In this document: one piece after another, positions 1 through 8,397 of the stretch
Position numbering within the stretch: position 1 is the stretch's first letter
How the letters are laid out: the number at the start of each line of letters is the position of its first letter
Source of the DNA: Lachnospiraceae bacterium
GTDB taxonomy: Bacteria; Bacillota; Clostridia; Lachnospirales; Lachnospiraceae
Assembly: GCA_024692955.1 (NCBI GenBank)
Contig: JAILLW010000044.1
Span: 7,027-71,026, forward strand
Length of the DNA stretch: 64,000 nt
Direction of reading: 5' to 3'
The notes under the pieces: generated by a model
What the model saw: the letters and a program-made list of their open reading frames with translations, nothing else
What the model was told of the DNA's origin: nothing
The model's database searches: none
Program-made: the position numbers and the translations under genes

Positions 1-371
1 GAGATCATATCTGCATTATATTTAGTGGCTATTCCTATAAGGTATTGATACATTTCGCGGTCTATCCAGTCATCTGCATCTATAAAACCAATGTATTCAC
101 CTTTTGCTATTACCGTACCTTCTCGTCGCGCTGAATATACACCACCATTCCGTTTATGGATTACGGTGACTCTTTTATCATTCATCGCATATTCGTCACA
201 GATTGATGGACTTCGATCCTCCGATCCATCATCCACCAAGATAACTTCGATGTTCTCATATGATTGATTAAGAATACTATCAACGCATGATGACAAGTAC
301 TTTTCACCATTAAACACCGGGACTATAATACTTATTAGCGGATTGATTAACTTGTTCACGACATTTCTCAT
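1..371 (-). CDS. Glycosyltransferase family 2, N-terminal part (gene continues beyond the left edge)
   Basis: Own reverse-strand translation from ATG at 371; it is absent from the ORF track because it runs off the edge. Reads MRNVVNKLINPLISIIVPVFNGEKYLSSCVDSILNQSYENIEVILVDDGSEDRS...GEYIGFIDADDW, which carries the GT2 signature (IIVPxxN, DDGS, DxD). Low-GC segment. Confidence 0.8.
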   Translation of the reverse strand, partial: MRNVVNKLINPLISIIVPVFNGEKYLSSCVDSILNQSYENIEVILVDDGSEDRSPSICDEYAMNDKRVTVIHKRNGGVYSARREGTVIAKGEYIGFIDADDWIDREMYQYLIGIATKYNADMI

Positions 372-383
372 ATTGCATCACTC

Positions 384-1337
384 TTATCGTTTAGATAAGA
401 CCCTATGCTTTCGAATAAAACTGTCAACATCGTCCAAAAGATCATCATAATACTCTATGATCTTATCATCATCCCAATCCCACCATTTAATCTTCTTCAA
501 TTCTCTAATTTGATCCGGACTATATCTAAATCGAATGATTCTTGCCGGATTCCCTACCGCAACAGCATAATCGGGAATCGGCTTGGTAACAACAGTTCCT
601 GCACCGATAATTACTCCATCTCCAATATTTGAATAGTTTGTTATGATTGTGTTCCTTCCTATCCAAACATCATTACCGATGGTTATTCTTTTTCTCGGAG
701 CGATTCCTTTCGGTACAATCCCGTCCATATGGTATTTTGCTTCCGTATCTTCTTCCCACGGCCTAAATCCTTTCCAATTATTAGTATTCTGTGCCGCAAT
801 AGGATGTGTAGTAATATAAGTCAAAGCATGATTGCCGACTGCACAGGAACCAGCTGCAAATGAACAAAAAGCCCCCACTCGCTCTACATACTGATCATCA
901 CACAAAGGACCGTAACTGTATTTTCCGCATATCGTTTTAGGAACGGGAGAAATCCATTTCCTCTTGGTTTTTCGTTTCCACTCATCATATTCTTCCCTAA
1001 ACACATCGACAATTCCGTTTTCACTCACTAAAGATCTCGCATCTTTCATAAGTTCTTCATGGATGAGATAATTCTTACAAACAAGTAAGAGGCAAGTGGC
1101 GGAATTTTGTTTCCCTGTCTCCTTGACAAGGTCTTCTATTGCATAAACCTCACGATTGTATTTGCTTATCGTATTGTCAATTAAGACATAATCTGTAATC
1201 CCATATTGTTCCTCAATTATTCTTCTTGTAAGACATCCCATATCTCCATATGGAAATATCATAAACTTCTTCATTCCATCATCAATCTGTTTTCGAATAG
1301 CACATGAGATTCTCTGAAATTCCGTCTGATAGCCCAT
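384..1337 (-). CDS. Hexapeptide-repeat (left-handed beta-helix, Vat/CatB/xenobiotic-type) O-acetyltransferase with an unassigned N-terminal domain
   Basis: 317-aa ORF. The C-terminal half reads ITIGNDVWIGRNTIITNYSNIGDGVIIGAGTVVTKPIPDYAVAVGNPARIIRFRY, typical of LbH_XAT acetyltransferases. Low GC. Confidence 0.75.
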   Translation of the reverse strand: MGYQTEFQRISCAIRKQIDDGMKKFMIFPYGDMGCLTRRIIEEQYGITDYVLIDNTISKYNREVYAIEDLVKETGKQNSATCLLLVCKNYLIHEELMKDARSLVSENGIVDVFREEYDEWKRKTKRKWISPVPKTICGKYSYGPLCDDQYVERVGAFCSFAAGSCAVGNHALTYITTHPIAAQNTNNWKGFRPWEEDTEAKYHMDGIVPKGIAPRKRITIGNDVWIGRNTIITNYSNIGDGVIIGAGTVVTKPIPDYAVAVGNPARIIRFRYSPDQIRELKKIKWWDWDDDKIIEYYDDLLDDVDSFIRKHRVLSKR

Positions 1338-1360
1338 CGTTGTTTTTACCCCGTTGTAAA

Positions 1361-2371
1361 TTAGAACCTACCTAAAATCTCCTCCGCCCACGGATCTAAC
1401 AAATCCGCTTCGGTCGTGATGTCATTAGCCGCCACGCATTCTTTGCAGGATGGGTGCATAAACCTTTTTCCCTCCAGTTGCATTTTAAGAAATGCTCTAT
1501 GCTTCTCTCCATTCCAAATGTCATAAAGCCGTTCTGTGGTAATGTCGCCATAGATAATATCATGAGGTGTATCGCAACACGCTGATGTAACTAAGCCATT
1601 TGCTGCAACTCTGACGCGGAAAAACGGTCTGTGACAGACCTTATGAATACAATAGGTTGCTACATTCTCGCGGCCGTTCATAACCGTATCTTTAATCCTC
1701 TCATCGATCTTGTCATAATCCACATCCCCATATAGTGGCAGGATGTGCTCTATAAAAATGCTGTCAGCCTTATCTCCAAACAATGATTCGAACTTTTCCT
1801 TGCCATTCTCGACCCCTTCAAGGGCAAGATCGGCAATTTTCATCCGTATACTGCACTTTCCTTTATGATCATAAAGATATTTCAGATTGCTGAGAAATCT
1901 TTCAAAATCGATTTTCACACCACATGTAGTATAGTATGTTTGAGCATCCAAGCCCTGTAATGAAATACGAATGATATCGATTCCCTCTGTTTCCATCAGC
2001 GCGTCGACCCGTTCTGGAGTCAAAAGCAATCCATTTGTGGTAAAAGTAATCCTGTCTACAACATCTTCGCTTTTTGCAAGCGATATCATTTTCGGCAATA
2101 GGGGATTACAAAGAGGTTCACCAAACATATATGTTTCCATTTGCTTCGGTTTTTCCGGAAACTGTTTCAGGTCATTTATCACCTTTTCAAATAATCCCAT
2201 CGACATATTTCCTTCCCAGACCCCATGATTGGGTTTCGAATGGGCGCAGTAGACGCATTTCGCATTGCATAAGGAAGAAACCTCAACTTTCACATTATAG
2301 GGAGTTTCAAGTGGCACCACATCCTTTAAATATGTTCTTTTTTCTTCTCGCCATTGCCTGTATTCCGCCAT
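1361..2371 (-). CDS. Radical SAM protein with Cys-rich SPASM/twitch-like C-terminal domain
   Basis: 336-aa ORF with a CX3CX2C motif (SSLCNAKCVYCAH). C-terminal Cys cluster: CHRPF...TSACCDTPHD...HPSCKECV. Its ATG lies 1 nt after the stop of the upstream PdxA-like gene. Confidence 0.8.
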   Translation of the reverse strand: MAEYRQWREEKRTYLKDVVPLETPYNVKVEVSSLCNAKCVYCAHSKPNHGVWEGNMSMGLFEKVINDLKQFPEKPKQMETYMFGEPLCNPLLPKMISLAKSEDVVDRITFTTNGLLLTPERVDALMETEGIDIIRISLQGLDAQTYYTTCGVKIDFERFLSNLKYLYDHKGKCSIRMKIADLALEGVENGKEKFESLFGDKADSIFIEHILPLYGDVDYDKIDERIKDTVMNGRENVATYCIHKVCHRPFFRVRVAANGLVTSACCDTPHDIIYGDITTERLYDIWNGEKHRAFLKMQLEGKRFMHPSCKECVAANDITTEADLLDPWAEEILGRF

Positions 2372-2372
2372 A

Positions 2373-3413
2373 TCAGATTCTCCATCTGTATTCCGCCATC
2401 TTTACGCCCGCGAAGATGGCATCAAGCATACTTTCCGCATTCGCTCTGCCTTCCCCGGCTTTCCCGAATGCCGTTCCGTGATCCACCGATGTTCTCACGA
2501 TGGGCAGCCCGATCGTGCAGTTGATCCCGCTGACAGCTTCGTACTTATCATGGATCAGATCATACTTGAATCCGCTTAACTTAAGGGGTATATGCCCCTG
2601 GTCATGATACATTGCCACCACGATATCGTATTGACCCGCCTGGCATTTTACGAATACCGTATCCGGAGATTCCGGCCCGGTGACATCAATTCCCTGTTTC
2701 TTCGCTTCTTCCACGGCAGGCCGGATCTCATTCTGTTCTTCCGTCCCGAAAAGACCGTTTTCCGAGCAGTGCGGATTTAAGCCTGCCACCGCGATACGCG
2801 GTTTCTCTATGCCCAGCTGTCTTACTCCTTCATCCGCCAGCTGAATGGTTTTGAGGATCCGTTCCTTTTTTACCCGGTCACAGGCCTCCCTTAAGGACAC
2901 ATGTGTTGACACATGGATTACCCGGATCGTTTTGCTCGCAAGCAGCATGGCGAAGTCCTTCGTTCCGGTGCATTCCGCCAGGATTTCGGTATGTCCGCTG
3001 TAATGATGACCGGCCATATTCAGGGATTCCTTGTTGATCGGCCCCGTTACGACGGCATTCACTTCTTTGTTCTTCGCAAGTTCGATTCCCCGGATGACAT
3101 ACTGATACGCCGCTTCGCCGCACAATACGCTGTTTTTCTTATACTCCCAGCCTCCCGGCTTCAGAAACCCCAGATTGATAAAGTCAATGGTACCGAACTC
3201 ACCTCTTGCTTCATCCGGCTTTCCGATTTCATTCAGTTCCATCGGAAGATTGCAGAATCTTAATGCATCCTTCAGTGCTTCCCGGTCCCCCACGACGATC
3301 GGTGTGCATTTCTGGTATACTCCCACCTGGCTCAGCGCCTTTACTATGACCTCGGCGCCGATCCCGGCGGGATCTCCCATTGTTATCGCCAGTTTCATCT
3401 TCATTCGGCTCAT
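2373..3413 (-). CDS. PdxA-family NAD-dependent 4-phospho-hydroxyacid dehydrogenase (4-hydroxythreonine-4-phosphate dehydrogenase-like)
   Basis: 346 aa. Family motifs present: MGDPAGIG, GHTEILAE, GLNPHCSENGLFG, AMYHDQGHIPLK, RTSVDHGTAFGKAG. The true start may be one of the internal Met codons at positions 4-6. Confidence 0.8.
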   Translation of the reverse strand: MSRMKMKLAITMGDPAGIGAEVIVKALSQVGVYQKCTPIVVGDREALKDALRFCNLPMELNEIGKPDEARGEFGTIDFINLGFLKPGGWEYKKNSVLCGEAAYQYVIRGIELAKNKEVNAVVTGPINKESLNMAGHHYSGHTEILAECTGTKDFAMLLASKTIRVIHVSTHVSLREACDRVKKERILKTIQLADEGVRQLGIEKPRIAVAGLNPHCSENGLFGTEEQNEIRPAVEEAKKQGIDVTGPESPDTVFVKCQAGQYDIVVAMYHDQGHIPLKLSGFKYDLIHDKYEAVSGINCTIGLPIVRTSVDHGTAFGKAGEGRANAESMLDAIFAGVKMAEYRWRI

Positions 3414-3839
3414 CTACCTTCCCAGTATTTTTTCTTTGATCTCGGTGGTTGAAATCCCTTTGGTGTACGGAACATAAACCACATCAACATTGATTTCTTT
3501 CAGGACCTCCTCAAAGCGGATCCATCGTTCCGTTCCTTTCCAGTCGTCCCCGATAAAAACCACATCAAAGTGATAAAGTTCCCACAATTTGATCTTGTCC
3601 CGAAACCTGTTGATCACGGCCCGGTCAACGCCCTTGATCGATTCCACGATCTTCTTACGGTCTTCCTCATTGATGATCGGGCGTCTGTGCTTGTATTCCT
3701 CGACCACATCGTCGCCGTGAACGCCCACGATCAGATATTCGCACCGCTTCTTTGCCTCGTTGATCATATTCAGGTGTCCGACATGAAAAAGATCATACAC
3801 ACCGTCAGTATATCCGACTTTATACTTCTTCTCCGTCAT
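3414..3839 (-). CDS. TagD/TarD-like cytidylyltransferase (glycerol-3-phosphate cytidylyltransferase family)
   Basis: 141 aa. HxGH motif (GVYDLFHVGHLNMI) and C-terminal YTKGISTTEIKEKI, resembling RTEGISTT of TagD. Abuts the PdxA-like start and overlaps LicD by 4 nt. Confidence 0.8.
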   Translation of the reverse strand: MTEKKYKVGYTDGVYDLFHVGHLNMINEAKKRCEYLIVGVHGDDVVEEYKHRRPIINEEDRKKIVESIKGVDRAVINRFRDKIKLWELYHFDVVFIGDDWKGTERWIRFEEVLKEINVDVVYVPYTKGISTTEIKEKILGR

Positions 3840-4663
3840 ATTTTCTCATCTCCCGGTAAAACCAGTTTTGAAACCGGATGGGTTTTTCGCTTCTCAACCG
3901 GTGGCAGTTCCATATAGTTCCCATACTTCACGGAAAGATATCCGTCATAGTCTTTCGCTCCCGGAAATCTCACTCCGGAAAAATCATATCGGCAAAGTTC
4001 CGTATACCATTTCCTCATATAACCGAAACAATGCTTCGGAGTCGGAAATGTCAGTATCCGGACAAGCCTGGTCTTTTTATGCCGCCCCCGCTGAATAAAA
4101 GCCTCGTATGCCTTCTTAACTCTATTCTCGGGAATATGAGACATTAATCTGTAGATCTGCCGGTAAACCGGATTCTCTTCTGTCTTTGCGCCCACTTTGG
4201 ACCAAAAGAGTTTCCTGAAAAGAAAACACTCCGCAAAATGCAATCTTCGTGAAATCCATCCGTCCGGAACATTATCAAAGGGCATCAGATCGATAAAGAC
4301 CCCCTGTTCATAGGGCATATACTCCTGATCCTGCCGGATAAAAGCCGTTCCCTTCCTCCGCAGTTTACCGTAGCCCCAGCGATAGCCTTTCGTGTCTCGA
4401 AAATCCTGCATATAAAAGCGATCATGGTCAAGTTCTGTCCGGCAGGCTTCCCGGAACTTCTCATACTCTTCCCGGAGAAACCCGATGTCCGCATCATCGT
4501 CCCAGGGGATCGGGCCCCGGTGCCGTATCGCGCCCAGCATCGTTCCACCGACCATGTTGTAGTGGATCCCGCACTTTCTGCAGATCCGGTCCACTTCCGA
4601 GATCAGTTCCAGCTCGACCGCCTGAAGTCTCTTTAGTTGCTCACCTTCAATCTTAACTGCCAA
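3836..4663 (-). CDS. LicD-family phosphotransferase (transfers phospho-alcohol from a CDP-activated donor to a glycan)
   Basis: 275 aa. Reads LQAVELELISEVDRICRKCGIHYNMVGGTMLGAIRHRGPIPWDDDADIG, the LicD nucleotidyltransferase-fold signature with a DxD. Confidence 0.8.
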   Translation of the reverse strand: MAVKIEGEQLKRLQAVELELISEVDRICRKCGIHYNMVGGTMLGAIRHRGPIPWDDDADIGFLREEYEKFREACRTELDHDRFYMQDFRDTKGYRWGYGKLRRKGTAFIRQDQEYMPYEQGVFIDLMPFDNVPDGWISRRLHFAECFLFRKLFWSKVGAKTEENPVYRQIYRLMSHIPENRVKKAYEAFIQRGRHKKTRLVRILTFPTPKHCFGYMRKWYTELCRYDFSGVRFPGAKDYDGYLSVKYGNYMELPPVEKRKTHPVSKLVLPGDEKI

Positions 4664-4689
4664 TTTTCAATCCCTGTCTCTTTTTGTTT

Positions 4690-4971
4690 TTATCTTCCGG
4701 AATAAAACCCGTTATTACTGTCTGTCTTCCACATCTCATACATTTCCAGATAATGATCCTTGATGAATCTCTGGATCACTTTGATCTCGCGGTCATTAAG
4801 CACTCCTCTTTTCTGCACTATTGTGCTCCCATCACCCCTGACGAAGAATTTTGCCGCCCCGCTCTCTGTCAGATTCGCATCGCTTGCATGTACATGCATA
4901 CATTCCACTATGCAAAATGAAGTATAGTAAAGGTAATATCCGCAGACCTTATGTTCATAATACTTTGGCAT
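4690..4971 (-). CDS. Small protein, DUF4160-like
   Basis: 93 aa. The pattern GYYLYYTS...ECMHVHASD...AKFFV...G...REIKVIQRFIKDH resembles the DUF4160 layout (Y/F-rich strand, E-x-x-HVH). Assigned by recollection only. Confidence 0.45.
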   Translation of the reverse strand: MPKYYEHKVCGYYLYYTSFCIVECMHVHASDANLTESGAAKFFVRGDGSTIVQKRGVLNDREIKVIQRFIKDHYLEMYEMWKTDSNNGFYSGR

Positions 4972-5200
4972 CGGCGCCCTCCATATACTGCGAATCCTGC
5001 TCCCAGATCCTTTTTACGATCACCTGCTGGATATCATCCATGTTCGTTTCAAGCATTACCCCTTCCGGTGTCATCATCATGGCCGACTCGCCATCGTTTA
5101 TATTAAATACCCGTATGAAATCTCCGTCTCTCTTAAACGCATAACCGCGTATGATCATATCAGCATCATCCGCGATCCTTTTCACTTTTTCATTTTCCAT
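4955..5200 (-). CDS. Small hypothetical protein
   Basis: 81-aa ORF co-directional with and overlapping both neighbours (17 nt and 11 nt). I recognise no family. Confidence 0.45.
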   Translation of the reverse strand: MENEKVKRIADDADMIIRGYAFKRDGDFIRVFNINDGESAMMMTPEGVMLETNMDDIQQVIVKRIWEQDSQYMEGADAKVL

Positions 5201-5471
5201 TTTCGATTCTCACCCCCTTAATGCCACGTAATTGTCTCTCCGGCTCCATATACAGATTCTCCATCAGGTGCTGCAGGTCAATATAGTCCTCATATTCCCC
5301 TTTTGCTTTTCCCTCACAATCGACAACAATATATCCGTTATCCCATACTTTAACCCTTAAATATCTGACCAGATCCTTGCCGTGCATAAACACGATCCTC
5401 TTCCCGTTATCATACGAAAAGGTAGTATACTTTCCATCACAACGCAATGTGGCGTACGTTTCGTTTTCCAT
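5190..5471 (-). CDS. Small hypothetical protein
   Basis: 93-aa ORF, 32 nt downstream of the TagF-like gene. I recognise no family. Confidence 0.45.
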   Translation of the reverse strand: MENETYATLRCDGKYTTFSYDNGKRIVFMHGKDLVRYLRVKVWDNGYIVVDCEGKAKGEYEDYIDLQHLMENLYMEPERQLRGIKGVRIENGK

Positions 5472-5503
5472 AACCTCATCCTCGTATATATGTCAACGCA
5501 CTT

Positions 5504-8122
5504 CTATTTCCCGGTCAGTTCCCGATATACCTTCTCCCCGCAGTCGCCGTCCGGACTCGCATTCACCGGCCGGTAAGCCTCAAGCTGGCTTTCCTTATCA
5601 AACCCTCCAATATTCCCCGAAAGAATATCCGGAAGGGTATTGAATACGCCCTCATAGCAGCAATAGGGCAGCCATTGCGAGACCTTCTGAAAACCGGGGG
5701 CAAGGTTTCTGATCTCCTCCCGGTCAAAAGTCACCGGAACTTCGCTGCAGGTCCCTTCCGAAAGATCGAACCGGTAGGTCTTATGCTCTGGATGGTAACT
5801 AAAGAAGGCTTCAAGACTCCATATATCCTGATAAAAAGCACCGATGGAAGTGTTGGGCCAATAATCATTCACCGGGTTCAGTGAATAGGGAAACGGAGGG
5901 ATCCATTCCCGGGCTTCATGGGTCTTCGTGTCGAGTTCCACAAATTTATTTCCCCAGTTGGGCGCGAGGATCAGCTTCCCGTTCACGAAAATCCCGTTGC
6001 TGAAATAAAATGTATTGCTCTCAACGCCCTGCGGCCTCTGGATCGAACTGAGGCCCTCAATCCCGGCATCCACCTTCTCGAAGCGGTCTTCGGATAATGT
6101 CCATTTCCCGAGAACGGTGCCTTCATAGGGCAGGAACCAGATAACATTAAGGTTCTCGCGATCTCGCAGAACACCGATGTAAAGACCGTTTAGGGGAACT
6201 GCCCTCTCCTCGACCCTTCCGTTATCCAGACTGATCACCCGGAGTCTCGTTCCCTCCGTATTCAAACAGAATATCCTTTTCCCCATCATTTTGATGCCGG
6301 GGATCCGGATTGCCTTCTCCGGAGTATCGATCACTTGAGGTTCATCCGAACTCCGGTCGAACATCTTCGTTCCAGGTATCCATCGCGCCGCGATCACGCG
6401 CCGCTCCTGTTCGTTGACATAAACCGAATATTCATCCGTAAATGCCTCGTCCCGGACATAGGAAACCTTTTCCGTATTCGCATCAAACCGCACCAATGCA
6501 GGATATCTGTTGGGATAGATCCACCAAATATGCGGATCTTCCAAAAGCAGATTTGTGAATCCTCCAAATGCCCCGCTCCGGTCAACCTCATGCCTGAGTT
6601 CGATCCTTCTTTTTTCCAGCGTTTCGGGATCCAGGATCAGGATATGCTCCGCATTCTGCGGAAAGACCACGATCTTTCCCTCTGCTTCGATGGCACGGGA
6701 GTAATACCCGCCCCTTGAATACTCTTCGGAAAGATTGCAGAGGTATTTATAATGATGATCCCCTTCGCGGTCTTCAAAAAGCCGGTTCCCGGCCGTGATA
6801 CAGTAGCGGTTATTCCGGTCTCCTCGCAGCCACTGTGCCACATTCACCTTCCAGTCATCCTCTCCGGGCGCCTCTGTCAGCCGGTTATTCAGAATATAGA
6901 TCGGTTTCCCGGCGACACCGAAAAGTGAAATGACACTGGTTCCGGAATCTCCGAGATAGGCGTCGCAGAGGGCAATGGTGGATTCGATCTCCGGAGTTTC
7001 ATCGAGAATGCCGATCTTCTGTTCGAGAAACAGTCTTTTCAGCTCCTGATAGGCTGCCTTCGCTTCCGGCCGCATGGATTCAATCGTCGATTCAAGAAGC
7101 GGATGCGGGCGCCAGATGAGACAGACATCATCCCTGCCCCGGAAGGACTCAAACACATACGCCATTTTCTTCAGGAACTGAGGGGCGTTATGAAGGAAGC
7201 CTCCGAGACTGGTATTGTAGAAAAAGACTCTCTTCCCTCTGATCCGGTCTTCCCATTCCACAGGCGGAGCCGGAGGATTCTCACAAAGGCGGATCACCTT
7301 GTCAAACTTCGGGGATCCGAGAGGCATGAATTTTTCTTTCGGGATCTGAGGATCGAAGAATCCGATCATGCTCTCGGACTGTATTACAATATGATCCGAA
7401 TGAACATAGGCCGGGAGCAACTCGTGTCCGGCCGCCATATTGCCGGAGGTCGCAAAGTAGGGGATATATACAAGACAGTCCGTATACTTCTTAAGACGGC
7501 TCGAATAGTAATCCGGGTGCACACTCGTCACATGATTCCATTCATCATAGGGATTATGGATAAAGATCATTTCCGGATGACGCGCCGTGATGTCATAGGT
7601 CCGGTAATCCACCACCGGTACATTCTCCGGATACAGTTCCGCTTCATAATGCTCCGTCTTGAAGGTGCCGTCCGGATTCCTGTCATAATACGGGATCGGA
7701 ATGACATAGGCGTCACAATTTGGATCCGTGTCCGCGGCCATCCATACGGACTCAAGAGAATCCCACATAGCGGCCTTATAGGGAAGGAAAACAGCCTCGA
7801 TCCGCTCGGAAAGCTGACTGATCTCCCCCCTGCATCCGTTGATACAGGAGTCCAGTTTATAGGTGGCTCTTTCCTCGCCGGTGGAAAAGCGGTAAAGAAG
7901 CTCACAATAGTCTTCGAGATATCCGACCGCCTTTGTCCCCTCTCCCTCGGAACCTTCTATGGAATTGCCCACGCTGATGGCGGCGTCCTGACAGTCCTGA
8001 AGAAGTGTGGCAAGGGCTGCTTCTCCCTTTTTTCCGGAGGTCAGGCACTGTTTGATGCTCCGGTCCGCTTTCAAAAGTGTATTCAGAAGCCCCAGTATTT
8101 CATTTTTCAGATATCGTCTCAT
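5504..8122 (-). CDS. TagB/TagF-like CDP-glycerol (polyol-phosphate) glycerophosphotransferase with a ~450-aa C-terminal extension
   Basis: 872 aa. The central region VIPIPYYDRNPDG...IFIHNPYDEWNHVTS...LIWRPHPLL...LCDAYLGDSGTSVISLFGVAGKPIYILN matches the TagF-type GT-B catalytic pattern (RPHP His, D-x-S-S block). The N-terminal helical region and the C-terminal half are unassigned. Confidence 0.6.
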   Translation of the reverse strand: MRRYLKNEILGLLNTLLKADRSIKQCLTSGKKGEAALATLLQDCQDAAISVGNSIEGSEGEGTKAVGYLEDYCELLYRFSTGEERATYKLDSCINGCRGEISQLSERIEAVFLPYKAAMWDSLESVWMAADTDPNCDAYVIPIPYYDRNPDGTFKTEHYEAELYPENVPVVDYRTYDITARHPEMIFIHNPYDEWNHVTSVHPDYYSSRLKKYTDCLVYIPYFATSGNMAAGHELLPAYVHSDHIVIQSESMIGFFDPQIPKEKFMPLGSPKFDKVIRLCENPPAPPVEWEDRIRGKRVFFYNTSLGGFLHNAPQFLKKMAYVFESFRGRDDVCLIWRPHPLLESTIESMRPEAKAAYQELKRLFLEQKIGILDETPEIESTIALCDAYLGDSGTSVISLFGVAGKPIYILNNRLTEAPGEDDWKVNVAQWLRGDRNNRYCITAGNRLFEDREGDHHYKYLCNLSEEYSRGGYYSRAIEAEGKIVVFPQNAEHILILDPETLEKRRIELRHEVDRSGAFGGFTNLLLEDPHIWWIYPNRYPALVRFDANTEKVSYVRDEAFTDEYSVYVNEQERRVIAARWIPGTKMFDRSSDEPQVIDTPEKAIRIPGIKMMGKRIFCLNTEGTRLRVISLDNGRVEERAVPLNGLYIGVLRDRENLNVIWFLPYEGTVLGKWTLSEDRFEKVDAGIEGLSSIQRPQGVESNTFYFSNGIFVNGKLILAPNWGNKFVELDTKTHEAREWIPPFPYSLNPVNDYWPNTSIGAFYQDIWSLEAFFSYHPEHKTYRFDLSEGTCSEVPVTFDREEIRNLAPGFQKVSQWLPYCCYEGVFNTLPDILSGNIGGFDKESQLEAYRPVNASPDGDCGEKVYRELTGK

Positions 8123-8218
8123 AATGACCTTTACGAACCGGCGACCCTTTCTTCAGGATCCGTGAATGTCGCGGGATTGTCACCGGAATCTCCCGCAACA
8201 ACAAGATATTGTGCCACA

Positions 8219-8248
8219 ATTATAATAATACCATACATTTATGGTATT
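8219..8248 (-). promoter_or_regulatory. Candidate promoter (-10 TATAAT at 8219-8224) overlapped by a perfect 9-bp inverted repeat AATACCATA-N4-TATGGTATT (8227-8248)
   Basis: Read directly. It lies between the terminator at 8339-8368 and the TagF-like start at 8122. I see no convincing -35. Confidence 0.3.
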
Positions 8249-8338
8249 GGACAGAGCAAAAGCCGTCACATGGCCCACAATTATATATCGGCAGATCCGT
8301 CCGGAATGATTACCCGGCCATGTCTTTTTTCGGAGCTC

Positions 8339-8368
8339 AAAAAAGCCCCGGAGAAACACTCTCCGGGG
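8339..8368 (-). terminator. Rho-independent terminator after the GDPD gene
   Basis: Minus-strand RNA reads CCCCGGAG-AGUGUUU-CUCCGGGG followed by CUUUUUUG. It starts 30 nt after the stop at 8398. Confidence 0.75.
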
Positions 8369-8397
8369 TAAATGGTTTTGGGTAAGCTGTTTTTTGA

